Shown here one piece after another: positions 26,544-36,341 of a DNA stretch of 64,000 nt; position 1 is the first letter of the stretch; every line of letters starts with the position of its first letter. Both the position numbers and the translations under genes were made by a program. The notes beneath the pieces were generated by a model. The model was given only the letters and a program-made list of their open reading frames with translations. It made no database searches and was not told the origin of the DNA. This DNA comes from Patescibacteria group bacterium (GTDB lineage Bacteria > Patescibacteriota > Patescibacteriia > UBA10025 > JAHIVO01). The DNA is taken from NCBI GenBank assembly GCA_041650915.1, contig JBAZKE010000003.1, positions 21,226-85,225 of the forward strand, given 5' to 3'.

Positions 26544-29045
26544 CTATGATATCACAATGCGCTCATTTTTCAACTTAACCTTGATGGTGCTGCCTGGTTT
26601 GTATTCGTTCCTGAGGAGCGCCTGGGCGATCTGATTCTCGACCATTTCCTGGACATACCTCCGGACGGCTCGCGCCCCCTGGTCAGGCTGGAAGCTCATT
26701 TCTGCGATAGAGAGGGCCGCTTTTTTATCGACCTGCAGCTTGATATCCTGTTCGGCGAGTTTTTTTTCAACCTCTGTAATCTGCATCGATACGATGACGG
26801 CGATATCTTCTTTTGTCAGCGGGCGGAAGACGATCGTTTTATCTATTCTATTCAGCAGCTCAGGCCTGAACTGGCTCTCAAGCTCTTTGAGCACTCCCTC
26901 TTTGATTTCTGCATACCTTTCTTCCGCAGCCTGTTTGTCTTCTGCGGTTGCAGCGCTGAAACCCATGGAAGCGCTCGCATTTAGGTTTTTTAGCCCGATA
27001 TTAGAGGTCATGATGATGATCGTATTTTTAAAATTCACCTGCCTGCCGGTCGCATCGGTCAGGTGCCCATCCTCGAGTATCTGCAGCAGGAGGCTGAATA
27101 CTTCCGGGTGGGCTTTTTCCATCTCATCGAACAGTACGACCGAGTATGGCTTTCTCCGCACCGGCTCGGTGAGCTTGCTGCCCTCTTTGTACCCGACGTA
27201 CCCTGCAGGGGCGCCGATGAGCTTTGATACGTTGAAGCTTTCCGCGAATTCCGACATGTCTATCCGGATGAGCGCGTGTTCGTCTTCAAACACCGTTTTT
27301 GCGAGCACTTTTGCCGTTTCGGTTTTCCCGACGCCCGAGGGGCCGAGGAAAATGAATGATGCGATCGGCCTGTTTGGGTCCGCGAGCCCGACGCGTGAGC
27401 GGCGGATAAAGTCGGCGATTGTTTTGAGCGCATCATCCTGGCCGACGATCTGCCGCGAGAGCTCCTGCTCGAGGCTGAGCAGCCGCTCCTTCTCTTCGGT
27501 GATGAGCTCATCGAGGGGGACCTTCGTGATGCGCGCGACGACTTCCCCGACATCACGCTTCGTGACCTTGCCGATGCATTTCTTCGCTGTTTTTTCTTGC
27601 TGTGCCCGGAGTTCCGCGAGCCGCTTGCGCAGGTCGTTCTCTTTCTCCTTTATTTTTAGCGCCTGTTCGTAGTTTTCCTGGTTGACGAGTTCATTTTTCT
27701 GCGATTTGAGTTTCTCTATTTCCTTTTCCGTGCCGAATATTTTTTTTATAAAGCCGTCGCCCCGGTGGCTGATTTTTATTTTTGATGCCGCCTCATCGAT
27801 CAGATCTATAGCCTTGTCCGGGAGGAATTTATCCTGGAGAAAGCGGACGCTAAGCTTCACGGCAGTGTCGATCGCCTCGTCGGTAATTTCTACGAGGTGG
27901 TACCGTTCATAGTTTCTCTTAATGCCGAGCAGCACCTGCCGTGTCTCGTCCGCCGTGGCTTCTTCAATAATGATTGGCTGGAAGCGCCGCTCGAGCGCTG
28001 CGTCGGATTCTATATGCTTGCGGTACTCGTCGAGCGTCGTCGCGCCGATCGTGCGGATTTGGCCTTTGGCGAGCGCCGGTTTCAGGATATTCGCCGCATC
28101 CATCGATCCTGCGGCTGATCCCGTACCGATGATCGTATGGAGCTCGTCGATGAAGATAATGATGTTCGGGTCCTTCGTGATTTCATCAATAATCTGCTTG
28201 AACCGCCCCTCAAATTCGCCGCGATATATTGTGCCTGCAACGACGAGGCTGAGGTCGAGCTTGAGTATTTTTTTATTGAGCAAAATGTCCGGGACGTCTC
28301 CGGCGAGTATCTTCTTTGCGAGCCCTTCAACGATCGCTGTTTTTCCGACCCCCGGGTCGCCGATGAGCACTGGGTTGTTTTTCGTCCTCCGCGAGAGTAT
28401 GTGTATGAGCCGTTCAATTTCACGCTCCCGCCCGATTACCGGATCGATGCTCAGCTGCAGCTTGTCATTGGTTATGTCGGTCGTGAAAAAATCAAGCGCG
28501 GGAGTCTTCGATTCATCGCGCGTACCTTCTTCCCGGCCAAGCTCCTTGGCTTGGTCGAATATCTGCGTCAGGTCCGGAAACTTTGAGGTGCTCCGCATGA
28601 CGGTATCGAGCTGGCCCGTGAGCTTGTTGAGGTTTACCCTGTTGTTTTCCCAGAGCTCAATCATAGTATCGGTCTTCATTTGCACGAGGCTCTGGAGGAG
28701 GTGTTCGGTCCCGATATACTTGTGTTTATTCTGGTGGGCGATAAGCGCCGCCTTTTCGATCACCTGCTTGGCGTGCTCAGAGAGCTTCGGCTTGTTCTTT
28801 GAGCTCCGCTGTTTGTCTGTTTCGGAAGATTTGTTTTTCTGTACGACGAGGCTGCGAACGCGTTCCGGCGTCAGGCCGATCTTCGCCAGTACCTCTGCGG
28901 CGATGCTCCCCTTCTGCAGTATTAATCCGTAGACGAGGTGCTCCGGGTTGATTGCATCATGCCCGAGCGTGCCGCTGAGCTCTCGCGCCTGCTTAAATGC
29001 GTTCTTGAGGTGGGTGGTAAATTTATCGATTATCTTATTATCCAT
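26544..29045 (-). CDS. clpC: ATP-dependent Clp protease ATP-binding subunit ClpC
   Basis: Clp-N repeats, RRTKNNPVLIGDPGVGKT, LPDKAIDLIDEA, UVR-like middle domain, GPSGVGKTE, MGF ClpP-binding loop. Confidence 0.93.
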   Translation of the reverse strand: MDNKIIDKFTTHLKNAFKQARELSGTLGHDAINPEHLVYGLILQKGSIAAEVLAKIGLTPERVRSLVVQKNKSSETDKQRSSKNKPKLSEHAKQVIEKAALIAHQNKHKYIGTEHLLQSLVQMKTDTMIELWENNRVNLNKLTGQLDTVMRSTSKFPDLTQIFDQAKELGREEGTRDESKTPALDFFTTDITNDKLQLSIDPVIGREREIERLIHILSRRTKNNPVLIGDPGVGKTAIVEGLAKKILAGDVPDILLNKKILKLDLSLVVAGTIYRGEFEGRFKQIIDEITKDPNIIIFIDELHTIIGTGSAAGSMDAANILKPALAKGQIRTIGATTLDEYRKHIESDAALERRFQPIIIEEATADETRQVLLGIKRNYERYHLVEITDEAIDTAVKLSVRFLQDKFLPDKAIDLIDEAASKIKISHRGDGFIKKIFGTEKEIEKLKSQKNELVNQENYEQALKIKEKENDLRKRLAELRAQQEKTAKKCIGKVTKRDVGEVVARITKVPLDELITEEKERLLSLEQELSRQIVGQDDALKTIADFIRRSRVGLADPNRPIASFIFLGPSGVGKTETAKVLAKTVFEDEHALIRIDMSEFAESFNVSKLIGAPAGYVGYKEGSKLTEPVRRKPYSVVLFDEMEKAHPEVFSLLLQILEDGHLTDATGRQVNFKNTIIIMTSNIGLKNLNASASMGFSAATAEDKQAAEERYAEIKEGVLKELESQFRPELLNRIDKTIVFRPLTKEDIAVIVSMQITEVEKKLAEQDIKLQVDKKAALSIAEMSFQPDQGARAVRRYVQEMVENQIAQALLRNEYKPGSTIKVKLKNERIVIS

Positions 29046-29075
29046 AAAGCTAAAATGGTTAGTAACGTAATTTAC

Positions 29076-29104
29076 AGTATAGTTATAAATGCAGCACGCG
29101 TCAA
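29076..29104 (-). promoter_or_regulatory. Sigma70-type promoter of clpC
   Basis: Minus strand TTGACG-17 bp-TATACT. Confidence 0.65.
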
Positions 29105-29105
29105 T

Positions 29106-29136
29106 AAAAAAACCTGCGTACGCGCGTACGCAGGTT
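29106..29136 (-). terminator. Intrinsic terminator
   Basis: Perfect palindrome AACCTGCGTACGCGCGTACGCAGGTT with a T-tract on the minus strand. Confidence 0.75.
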
Positions 29137-29153
29137 CAGCATAAAGCAAGAAT

Positions 29154-30656
29154 CTACTCCCGGTCGAGCGTGTCCCAGAAATCTGACGGGTAACTATCGA
29201 AGATGCCGTTCGATGTCTGTCCTGATTCATCAATGCAGTATTGAGATTCCGTGAAGGTATCGTACTCCTCAAGGGAGGCGCAGATGGTAAATGACAACCC
29301 ATCGCTACTCACGTCATAGTCGTACGGTGCGTCCGACCGGGGGTCCGTTGGGAGCCGTGAGATGTATTCGCCCGCAACTTCATTGAGCGCGCTCGGGTAC
29401 CGAGAATAGTCGTCATAGTAGAGCGTTAAGGCGGTCCTCAGTTGGCTGATATCAGATTTTCTCGTGGCATCGCGCGCTTTTCCTCGTGCGTTGCTGAGTC
29501 CCATGTACGCGACAAAGATTAATGCACCGACTATGACCGGAACTACCACCCAGCCGATGATTGCCGTCGCGATGATCCCTTTCGAGTTTGTCTGCCGCGT
29601 ATCGATCGCGCTCCCTGCGCACTCCGCACGGACAGATTGGTACAGTGAGTAGTTGTAACAGAGCGCAAACGGCATGAACACCGCACTGGCAGCGCCTATG
29701 ATGACATAGTTGAGTATCATCGCAAGGAATGATAAACCGGTCGTATCAGAGGCAGATCCGATAATCCACGTGACGAGCATTACGCCCCCGTTCAAGAGCA
29801 TGAGCGCAACTGCCGCCATCGCGTAGAATCCGATGTACCTTCCGAATACAGGCCACCATCTGCCGCGCACATACTCTTTGCTCCTGAGGAGCGCCTGGTA
29901 TCCTCTAACGTTTTCCGTCACCGGCAAGAACAGCCCGAAGGAAAACCAGACCGCGAAGATTATACCCGGCACCCAGCCGAGGAACATGCCGCCCGAAACA
30001 AAAAACCAGAGGAGTACGGAGACCCACCAGAATGGCATGATGAGTTTCATGGCAGTGCCGAGGACCGAGCCAATATTCAGATTTTGTTTGGGAGTCTGGA
30101 TTGCGGTAACGATTCCTGCTGTGGAAAATGATCCGATAAAGGTCCACGCGATACTCATGACGATCGCGATGATAACCGGCAGTGCAAATGTTGCAATGCT
30201 GAATGTGGAAGAACCTACGCTTGAGATGGCGAAGCTGCCCGTGAAAGAGGCAAAGAATCCAAAGAAGCTGCCGACGTACAGTATGCCGCCGGCGAGAAGC
30301 GTGATTACGGCGATGGCGGCGAATACTCCGATCCGCTGGGAAAAAATTTCCCATGCCCGCGGTATCAAATCGAAGATGCCGGGCAGCTCGCCGAGTGGCG
30401 CTGCGGGAGTGCCCTGCGGCATTTGCTGCACGGGCGGTTGCTTGGTTTGCACCGGAGCAGTGCCGGGAGGCGCAAACTCCTGAGCGATTTGTCCGATCGC
30501 TTCATTCTCTGCCTGCTGCGAGTATCCGCCGGTGAGAACCTGGCTGATTTTATCGTCTTGCCATCCGGCTTTTTTTAGCTGGTCGTGGATCTGCATATCA
30601 GAAAGTCCCGCTGAGCGCGCTTGCTGCAGCCAGCTGTAGATATCTTTATCTTCCAT
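29154..30656 (-). CDS. Polytopic membrane protein fused to a C-terminal GspG/pilin-like domain
   Basis: About 7 TM segments (ALLRSKEYVRGRWW loop), then LSNARGKARDATRKSDISQLRTALTLYYDD...YP...LPTDP...Y.Y...FTICASLE. Confidence 0.75.
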   Translation of the reverse strand: MEDKDIYSWLQQARSAGLSDMQIHDQLKKAGWQDDKISQVLTGGYSQQAENEAIGQIAQEFAPPGTAPVQTKQPPVQQMPQGTPAAPLGELPGIFDLIPRAWEIFSQRIGVFAAIAVITLLAGGILYVGSFFGFFASFTGSFAISSVGSSTFSIATFALPVIIAIVMSIAWTFIGSFSTAGIVTAIQTPKQNLNIGSVLGTAMKLIMPFWWVSVLLWFFVSGGMFLGWVPGIIFAVWFSFGLFLPVTENVRGYQALLRSKEYVRGRWWPVFGRYIGFYAMAAVALMLLNGGVMLVTWIIGSASDTTGLSFLAMILNYVIIGAASAVFMPFALCYNYSLYQSVRAECAGSAIDTRQTNSKGIIATAIIGWVVVPVIVGALIFVAYMGLSNARGKARDATRKSDISQLRTALTLYYDDYSRYPSALNEVAGEYISRLPTDPRSDAPYDYDVSSDGLSFTICASLEEYDTFTESQYCIDESGQTSNGIFDSYPSDFWDTLDRE

Positions 30657-30683
30657 AGTGTTATTATTGTAATTTATAAGCTA

Positions 30684-30712
30684 ATTTTAGCACTTTTTTA
30701 TATTTTTGTCAA
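30684..30712 (-). promoter_or_regulatory. Sigma70-type promoter
   Basis: Minus strand TTGACA-17 bp-TAAAAT with TG extension. Confidence 0.7.
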
Positions 30713-30716
30713 CAAT

Positions 30717-30740
30717 AAAACCAGCATTTCAACTGGTTTT
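30717..30740 (-). terminator. Probable terminator of the lemA-htpX operon
   Basis: AAAACCAG-CATTTCAA-CTGGTTTT inverted repeat. Confidence 0.5.
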
Positions 30741-30765
30741 AGAGATTATTTGGTATTTCCCGTTT

Positions 30766-30903
30766 TTACAAGTTCAACAGCGAAGTGACGATGGCCAGCG
30801 CGGTCATCACTCCTGCGGCGATTGCGATCCCGAGTGAAATTTTTGTCGACGTGGCTACCTTCGTAGTCACCTCGGTTTCAATTTCCGGCTTGTTGTCGGC
30901 CAT
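30766..30903 (-). CDS. Small single-TM protein (45 aa)
   Basis: MADNKPEIETEVTTKVATSTKISLGIAIAAGVMTALAIVTSLLNL; not in the ORF track; 21 bp after the htpX stop and before a terminator. Confidence 0.6.
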   Translation of the reverse strand: MADNKPEIETEVTTKVATSTKISLGIAIAAGVMTALAIVTSLLNL

Positions 30904-30924
30904 AGGATTGGTTGCTTAGTTCGA

Positions 30925-31830
30925 TTATTGTGCGGGCATGCCCCGGAGTGCGGCTATGCGTTCTTCTACCGGCGGGTGCGTAGAGAACAGGCGCGCGAGG
31001 CCTTTGGCAGCTTTATCACCGAATGGATTTGAAATGTAGAGGTGGGCAGTCGCGTTGTTGGCCCGGGGCATGGGCTGTGAATTGTTGAGTTTAATTTTTT
31101 CGAGCGCACGCGCCAATCCTTCCGGGTAGCGGGTAAGCAGGGCGCCGGAAGCATCGGCTAGAAATTCACGTTTGCGCGAAACGGCGAGCTTAATGAGCTG
31201 CCCGATGAGCGGTGCGAAGATGATGAGTATGAGGCCGATAATCATGAGTATGAGCTGTATCCTGCCGTCGCCGCGCGAGTTCCGCCGTCCGCCGAAAAAG
31301 GAAATCCTGAAAAACCAGTTTGAAAGCAGGGCAATAATCCCGACGCAGATGATGACGACGGTCATGAGCCTGATGTCGTAGTTTTTTATGTGCGAGAGCT
31401 CGTGTGCGATCACGCCTTCGAGCTCTTCGTTCGCGAGTTTCTCTATCGCACCGGTTGTAACAGCGATTGACGAGTGTTCGGGGTCACGCCCGGTCGCGAA
31501 CGCATTGATTGCAGGATCATTAATAATGTGCACCTTCGGCATAGGCAGCCCGGCGGTGATGCAGAGGTTCTCCACCATTCGGAATACGTACGGATTATCC
31601 TCCTTTTCAATGGCCCGGGCACCGGCAGTCCAGAGCGCAACCTTGTCTCCCGAGTAGTACGAAAACAGCGACATACCGACGGCAATGAACACTGCGATGA
31701 CGAGGCCTGCGTAGCCGAATTCGGTCAGCTCCCCGAATACCCACCCGAGGAGGATAATTATGATAAAGAATATCCCAAGCAGGAGGAGTGACTTTCGCTT
31801 ATTTTGTGCAATTTGCGTGTAGAGGGTCAT
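30925..31830 (-). CDS. htpX: Zinc metalloprotease HtpX (M48)
   Basis: NAFATG, HELSH zinc motif, SRKREFLADA, STHPP. Confidence 0.93.
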   Translation of the reverse strand: MTLYTQIAQNKRKSLLLLGIFFIIIILLGWVFGELTEFGYAGLVIAVFIAVGMSLFSYYSGDKVALWTAGARAIEKEDNPYVFRMVENLCITAGLPMPKVHIINDPAINAFATGRDPEHSSIAVTTGAIEKLANEELEGVIAHELSHIKNYDIRLMTVVIICVGIIALLSNWFFRISFFGGRRNSRGDGRIQLILMIIGLILIIFAPLIGQLIKLAVSRKREFLADASGALLTRYPEGLARALEKIKLNNSQPMPRANNATAHLYISNPFGDKAAKGLARLFSTHPPVEERIAALRGMPAQ

Positions 31831-31907
31831 GGGTTCGTGCGGTGCCGAAAGGGCCGATAGTGTATTTTCATCGGCCCCCGTATCCGCTATTACCGCAGTA
31901 AAGCTTC

Positions 31908-32462
31908 TTAAAACTGTACCTTAACCGGTTCCCGCTCACCTTCTTCAATCTCAAAGAATTCATACTTTTTAAACCCGAGCATTCCGGCAAGCATGTTATT
32001 CGGGAACACCTGAATTTTTGTATTGAAGTCACGGACGTTACCGTTGTAAAACCTGCGGGATGCCTGAATTTTATTCTCGGTATCCGAGAGTTCATCCTGC
32101 AGCTTCATGAAGTTCTCATTCGCCTTGAGGTCGGGATAGTTCTCGGCTACCGCGAAGAGGCTCTTGAGGGTGTTTGACAGCATATTCTCCGCCTTGCTCT
32201 GTTCTTCCACTGTTTTAGCTCCCATTGCCTGGGTGCGGGCTTTGGTGACGTTTTCAAAAAGTTCCCGCTCGTGCTTTGCATACCCTTTGACGGTTTCGAT
32301 GAGATTGGGAATCAGGTCGTACCGGCGTTTCAGCTGTACGTCGATGTCAGACCACGCTTCGTCCGTTTGATTCCTGAGTTTAATGAGGCCATTGTAGACC
32401 CCGATCAGCCAGAAGACGATGAGGGCGACGGCGCCCAAGATAATCCATGCGGCGGTGCTCAT
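31908..32462 (-). CDS. lemA: LemA family protein
   Basis: YNGL...[39 protein letters not shown]. Confidence 0.95.
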   Translation of the reverse strand: MSTAAWIILGAVALIVFWLIGVYNGLIKLRNQTDEAWSDIDVQLKRRYDLIPNLIETVKGYAKHERELFENVTKARTQAMGAKTVEEQSKAENMLSNTLKSLFAVAENYPDLKANENFMKLQDELSDTENKIQASRRFYNGNVRDFNTKIQVFPNNMLAGMLGFKKYEFFEIEEGEREPVKVQF

Positions 32463-32513
32463 GTTGTGATTGGTTAATGCTAAGTTGGATTAATTATTTT
32501 TTATCGTTTGTTC

Positions 32514-33038
32514 TTACAGCTTCTCCGGCGTGATGAGAAGCGTAATGCTTGACGCAGTCACTTCATTTTCGGCATCAATGTTGTTTGCCGCCTTGACGAC
32601 GACCTGCTGCCCCGGTTTTATCTCGTCAATGCCGATCGAATTTTTATTGCTTACCGGTTCGTCTGGCTGCGGTAACTGGGTCAGATCCCAGCGGTAGAGT
32701 TCGGTTGACGGTTCAATGAGCGCTGAGACCTGCCGTGTCGATATGGAACCATCCGCTGATTTGACCGAAGTGGAAAAAGAAACCACACTGTCTTCGATCC
32801 CGGCAACGATTCCCTGCCAGCTGAACGTCTGCACGCCGAGCACTTGCTGGCCTGTTATTTCCGACGCTTGAATAATCGGAATCGGCGATTCCGAGAGAGT
32901 ACGGGGCGTCTCCCGCTTGCCGAGGTAGTAGCTCGTTGCCGCAATAACGAGAATGAGGAGCAGGAGCGCGATAGACCCAAGCATGGCTATTCTCAATTTT
33001 TCTTGATTGTCCCAGCTCAATATTTTTTTAGTTGACAT
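32514..33038 (-). CDS. Hypothetical single-pass membrane protein (OB-fold-like)
   Basis: N-terminal TM; GIVAGI...IKPGQQVVV...A.SI pattern. Confidence 0.7.
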   Translation of the reverse strand: MSTKKILSWDNQEKLRIAMLGSIALLLLILVIAATSYYLGKRETPRTLSESPIPIIQASEITGQQVLGVQTFSWQGIVAGIEDSVVSFSTSVKSADGSISTRQVSALIEPSTELYRWDLTQLPQPDEPVSNKNSIGIDEIKPGQQVVVKAANNIDAENEVTASSITLLITPEKL

Positions 33039-33061
33039 TTGGGTAAAAAATGTGGTAGAAT
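33032..33061 (+). promoter_or_regulatory. Sigma70-type promoter for the surface-protein operon
   Basis: TTGACA-18 bp-TAGAAT with TG extension. Confidence 0.55.
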
Positions 33062-33092
33062 GAATCCGCTTTTTGAATCAGTAGGTACTGTA

Positions 33093-33121
33093 ATTGTCGT
33101 AGAAAATGAACAATTTGTCAA
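33093..33121 (-). promoter_or_regulatory. Sigma70-type promoter for the lemA-htpX operon
   Basis: Minus strand TTGACA-17 bp-GACAAT. Confidence 0.45.
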
Positions 33122-33190
33122 ATGAGAGCCGCTCAGCTAATTTTAGCAACGGAATTGTTTCGTAGATAACACAATAAGATAATTATCAAC

Positions 33191-36100
33191 GTGCAAACGG
33201 GGTGGCACAAACAGCAACTGGTATTGAAATGGGCTATTCTTGGCCTATTTTTTTGTGCGATTTCAATCGTGGTATTCGGTACTGAGAGCACCTCCGCTAC
33301 TACGCTCGATCCGTCTGGTCCGCCTCCAGAAGACAATACGACGGGTTTCATAGACATTGGAAATGAATATCAGATAAAAACGGGCGCTCTGCGTTTGGGC
33401 ACGGATGACAGGTCGGCGCCGTTCAACTACCAGCTCGAGGTTGTGGGTGATGGCGCAGAAATATCAAATGTAGTCGCTGAAAACAATTTGGGTGTCGGCC
33501 AGTATGACGGCCGGACGTGTGAGAATGATGCTGATTGCGCGGGCGGCATGGCGATGTACTGCTCGTACGGCAAGTGCCGCTACGATTCGCTCTATGTTGA
33601 TTCCGAACGTGATGTAGTTTGTTTCGGCCCTTGCCTGAATGCTTCGGGGAGCAGGGTTGAAGTCAGCGGAAGCGGTATGCACGTTGAGAATGATGCAGGG
33701 TACGGCATGTATGCGACGAGTTCGTCCGATACGGCGGTTTACGGCAGCGGGACAACGTACGGGGTACAGGGCATTTCGAGCGGGTCGAATAACTACGGCA
33801 TTTGGGCAATCAATACAATCGGCACTGCGTTGGAGGGGACCAGTACGGGCGTGCCTTACCCTGCGTATAGTTCGGTCGCAGGCATCAGTACGACGGGTTG
33901 GGGCATTTACGCAACCAATACGAATGCGTCCGGGCTTTGGTCCGGCTACTTTGAGGGCAGGGTCGGATCGACGAGGAATGTGGTCGGTTCAAAGCTCGTT
34001 ACCACCAAACCAGGCGTATCACTCACGCCATTTACATCGGCCCAGGAGCTTGCCGAGTACGGCATCAGCAGTGACGGCCTGCGGTACTATGACGGGACCA
34101 ACCTCTGGCTCGCAGACGGAAATACGCTCATCAAGGTGCGCGCTTCGGATGGTTTCTTGCTGCTCCGCACAGCGCTCTCAGGAGCGCCGACGGATGTTAT
34201 TTTCGACCAGGAGGCGTTGTGGGTGACGGTCAGCGACGGAACGGTGCTCCGGCTCGACCCGGTAACCGGCACGGCGGTGTGCTCGCTCGATTTAGCGGCT
34301 GTTGCCGCACCTGTCGGACCGCTCTCAAACCCGCTCGGCATCGTATACGTCAAACAGCGTGAAATGAATATATCCCGCGGGCAGGGCACGACGTACCAGC
34401 ACTACTGGGTGACGGCAACCGGCAGTGCGGGGGCTGGCGCCATCGTTGAACTCACCTATGAAAAGCGAAGCGGCGCGTGCGCATTCGTAGCGGGCAGCGC
34501 ACAGGAAATAGTCAGTGCCAGCACCAGCATCGGCAAGATGGCTTTTGATGGCGACTACCTCTGGATCCTGGCGCAGGACAGCGTGAGCCGCGAGGGTTAC
34601 CTCGTCAGCGTACACGCTTCGGATGGAGAGGCAGCGCTGTTCCCGGATATCGTGGGAAGCGAGCCGACGGATATCGTGTTTGATAACTCATTCCTCTGGG
34701 TAACGAACAGCCTCGATGACACGCTCTCGAGGATTTCCCTGGCAGGGTCGCACGTTTGCTCTATTAAAGATGGGTACCTATGGAGATCCTGCTCAGCTAA
34801 CCTCGAGTGTGCGGCTGCAGGGCTTGGGCAGTGCTTTCAAGTGCCGATTCCGTACGGCTTGTATGATACCGCAGATGAACCGACGTACGTCGCATTCGAC
34901 GGCACGTACGTCTGGGCAGCGAGCGATACGAATCCTACGGTATCGCAGTTTCTTGCGGCTGATCCGGCTGACCGCGATGACCATACGCTCTCAGCGGATG
35001 CAAATGGCCTCCTGTTTGACGGCACGAACGTTTGGGTTTCGCACGATGCCGGAATCACGAAGCTTTTTTCCGGCACCGGATTCGGGGCAGCTGACCTGGG
35101 CGATACGCTCACGCTCCAGAATGCCGGCCCGGTCGTGCAGCAGCCCGGTTCGATATCGATCACCGATTCCGCATTCATCGGCCAGAGCTTGATTGCTGAC
35201 AGTGAGCTCACAGTTTCCGATAATGTATGGGCAGATGAGCAATCAGGCGATGTGATCCGGAGCGATGAGTGGGAGATCGCCGGACAGTGGAGCGGCGGCG
35301 GCGTCCTTGCCGTGGCGGTTACAGGCAACGGTACGGTGCTCGCCGGCGATAAATACAACGGGCACATTTACCGGTCCACGGACCGGGGCGATACGTGGGC
35401 TGATACGGGCAGCTATGGCCAATGGGTATGGGGAATCCTTGAGGCGCATGACGGCATGCTCTATGCGGCGACCGGAGATGAATCAGGGATCGGAGCGCAG
35501 GTGTATACGTCGGCCGATGATGGCCAGACATGGCAGATGAGTACAGCGGTATTTCCGACAGCGGGCAACCACGCATACGAATGTGCTGAAACTTACTTTT
35601 CCAGCGATTGGTGGGTTGCCTGCGGATCCGGGTTCGATGACTACGTTTGGCGCACCAATAACGGGGGAACTACGTGGATCCAGTCGGCCGCGTTGCCGGG
35701 TTCAGGCAGTGACAGTCCGTGGGCACTGTTCTCGGCGAGTGACGGGTACCTGTACGTTGCTTCCAAGTGGAACAGCCATGTGTACCGTACGGCTGACGGA
35801 GGCACGACCTGGGAAACGCTGGCGGACATTCCCGGCGTATCAGGCGTCTATGATCTGCTCGAGGGCAGCGATGGGGCACTCTACGCTGCCACCGGGTGCG
35901 AGTGCGCCACTATGGAGGGGCACGTGTTCAAGTCAGTTGATGGCGGCTCGACATGGCTCGACGTGATCGACGTCACCGGTGACGGGATGAATGACGTCTA
36001 CGCGATTATCGAATCTGAGCCCGGCGTGTTCTACTTTACGACGCGTGCAGAAGTTGCGGGCCCCTCTTTTACCGCGCATGTGTACCGCGCGCTCGACTAT

Positions 36101-36337
36101 GGCAGCTCATGGGCCGAACTGCCGCTGTCGATCACTCCTGATATCAATGAGCTGTCTGCCGTCACAATAGGGCCGGACGGCACCATATATCTCGGCGGTT
36201 CCCGATCATCAAGCATGGTCGTGCGGAGCAGCGGATTCGGTGCCGGTACGTACAGCTGTCCCGACGGCCACTTCATTAAGGATGTTCAGCGTAACTATGC
36301 AGGCGAAGTCATCCGGATTGAGTGCAGGGCACTCTAG
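33191..36337 (+). CDS. Secreted fibre/beta-propeller protein, paralog 1 (FDG..W repeats plus Asp-box propeller)
   Basis: Signal-like N-terminus, P..PP..N...I..G...Q.K.G motif, G(V/I)Y(G/A) repeats, FDGxxxW blades, six S/TxDxGxTW Asp-boxes, C-terminal CPDGHFIK...CRAL; start uncertain. Confidence 0.8.
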   Translation: MQTGWHKQQLVLKWAILGLFFCAISIVVFGTESTSATTLDPSGPPPEDNTTGFIDIGNEYQIKTGALRLGTDDRSAPFNYQLEVVGDGAEISNVVAENNLGVGQYDGRTCENDADCAGGMAMYCSYGKCRYDSLYVDSERDVVCFGPCLNASGSRVEVSGSGMHVENDAGYGMYATSSSDTAVYGSGTTYGVQGISSGSNNYGIWAINTIGTALEGTSTGVPYPAYSSVAGISTTGWGIYATNTNASGLWSGYFEGRVGSTRNVVGSKLVTTKPGVSLTPFTSAQELAEYGISSDGLRYYDGTNLWLADGNTLIKVRASDGFLLLRTALSGAPTDVIFDQEALWVTVSDGTVLRLDPVTGTAVCSLDLAAVAAPVGPLSNPLGIVYVKQREMNISRGQGTTYQHYWVTATGSAGAGAIVELTYEKRSGACAFVAGSAQEIVSASTSIGKMAFDGDYLWILAQDSVSREGYLVSVHASDGEAALFPDIVGSEPTDIVFDNSFLWVTNSLDDTLSRISLAGSHVCSIKDGYLWRSCSANLECAAAGLGQCFQVPIPYGLYDTADEPTYVAFDGTYVWAASDTNPTVSQFLAADPADRDDHTLSADANGLLFDGTNVWVSHDAGITKLFSGTGFGAADLGDTLTLQNAGPVVQQPGSISITDSAFIGQSLIADSELTVSDNVWADEQSGDVIRSDEWEIAGQWSGGGVLAVAVTGNGTVLAGDKYNGHIYRSTDRGDTWADTGSYGQWVWGILEAHDGMLYAATGDESGIGAQVYTSADDGQTWQMSTAVFPTAGNHAYECAETYFSSDWWVACGSGFDDYVWRTNNGGTTWIQSAALPGSGSDSPWALFSASDGYLYVASKWNSHVYRTADGGTTWETLADIPGVSGVYDLLEGSDGALYAATGCECATMEGHVFKSVDGGSTWLDVIDVTGDGMNDVYAIIESEPGVFYFTTRAEVAGPSFTAHVYRALDYGSSWAELPLSITPDINELSAVTIGPDGTIYLGGSRSSSMVVRSSGFGAGTYSCPDGHFIKDVQRNYAGEVIRIECRAL

Positions 36338-36341
36338 GCGT

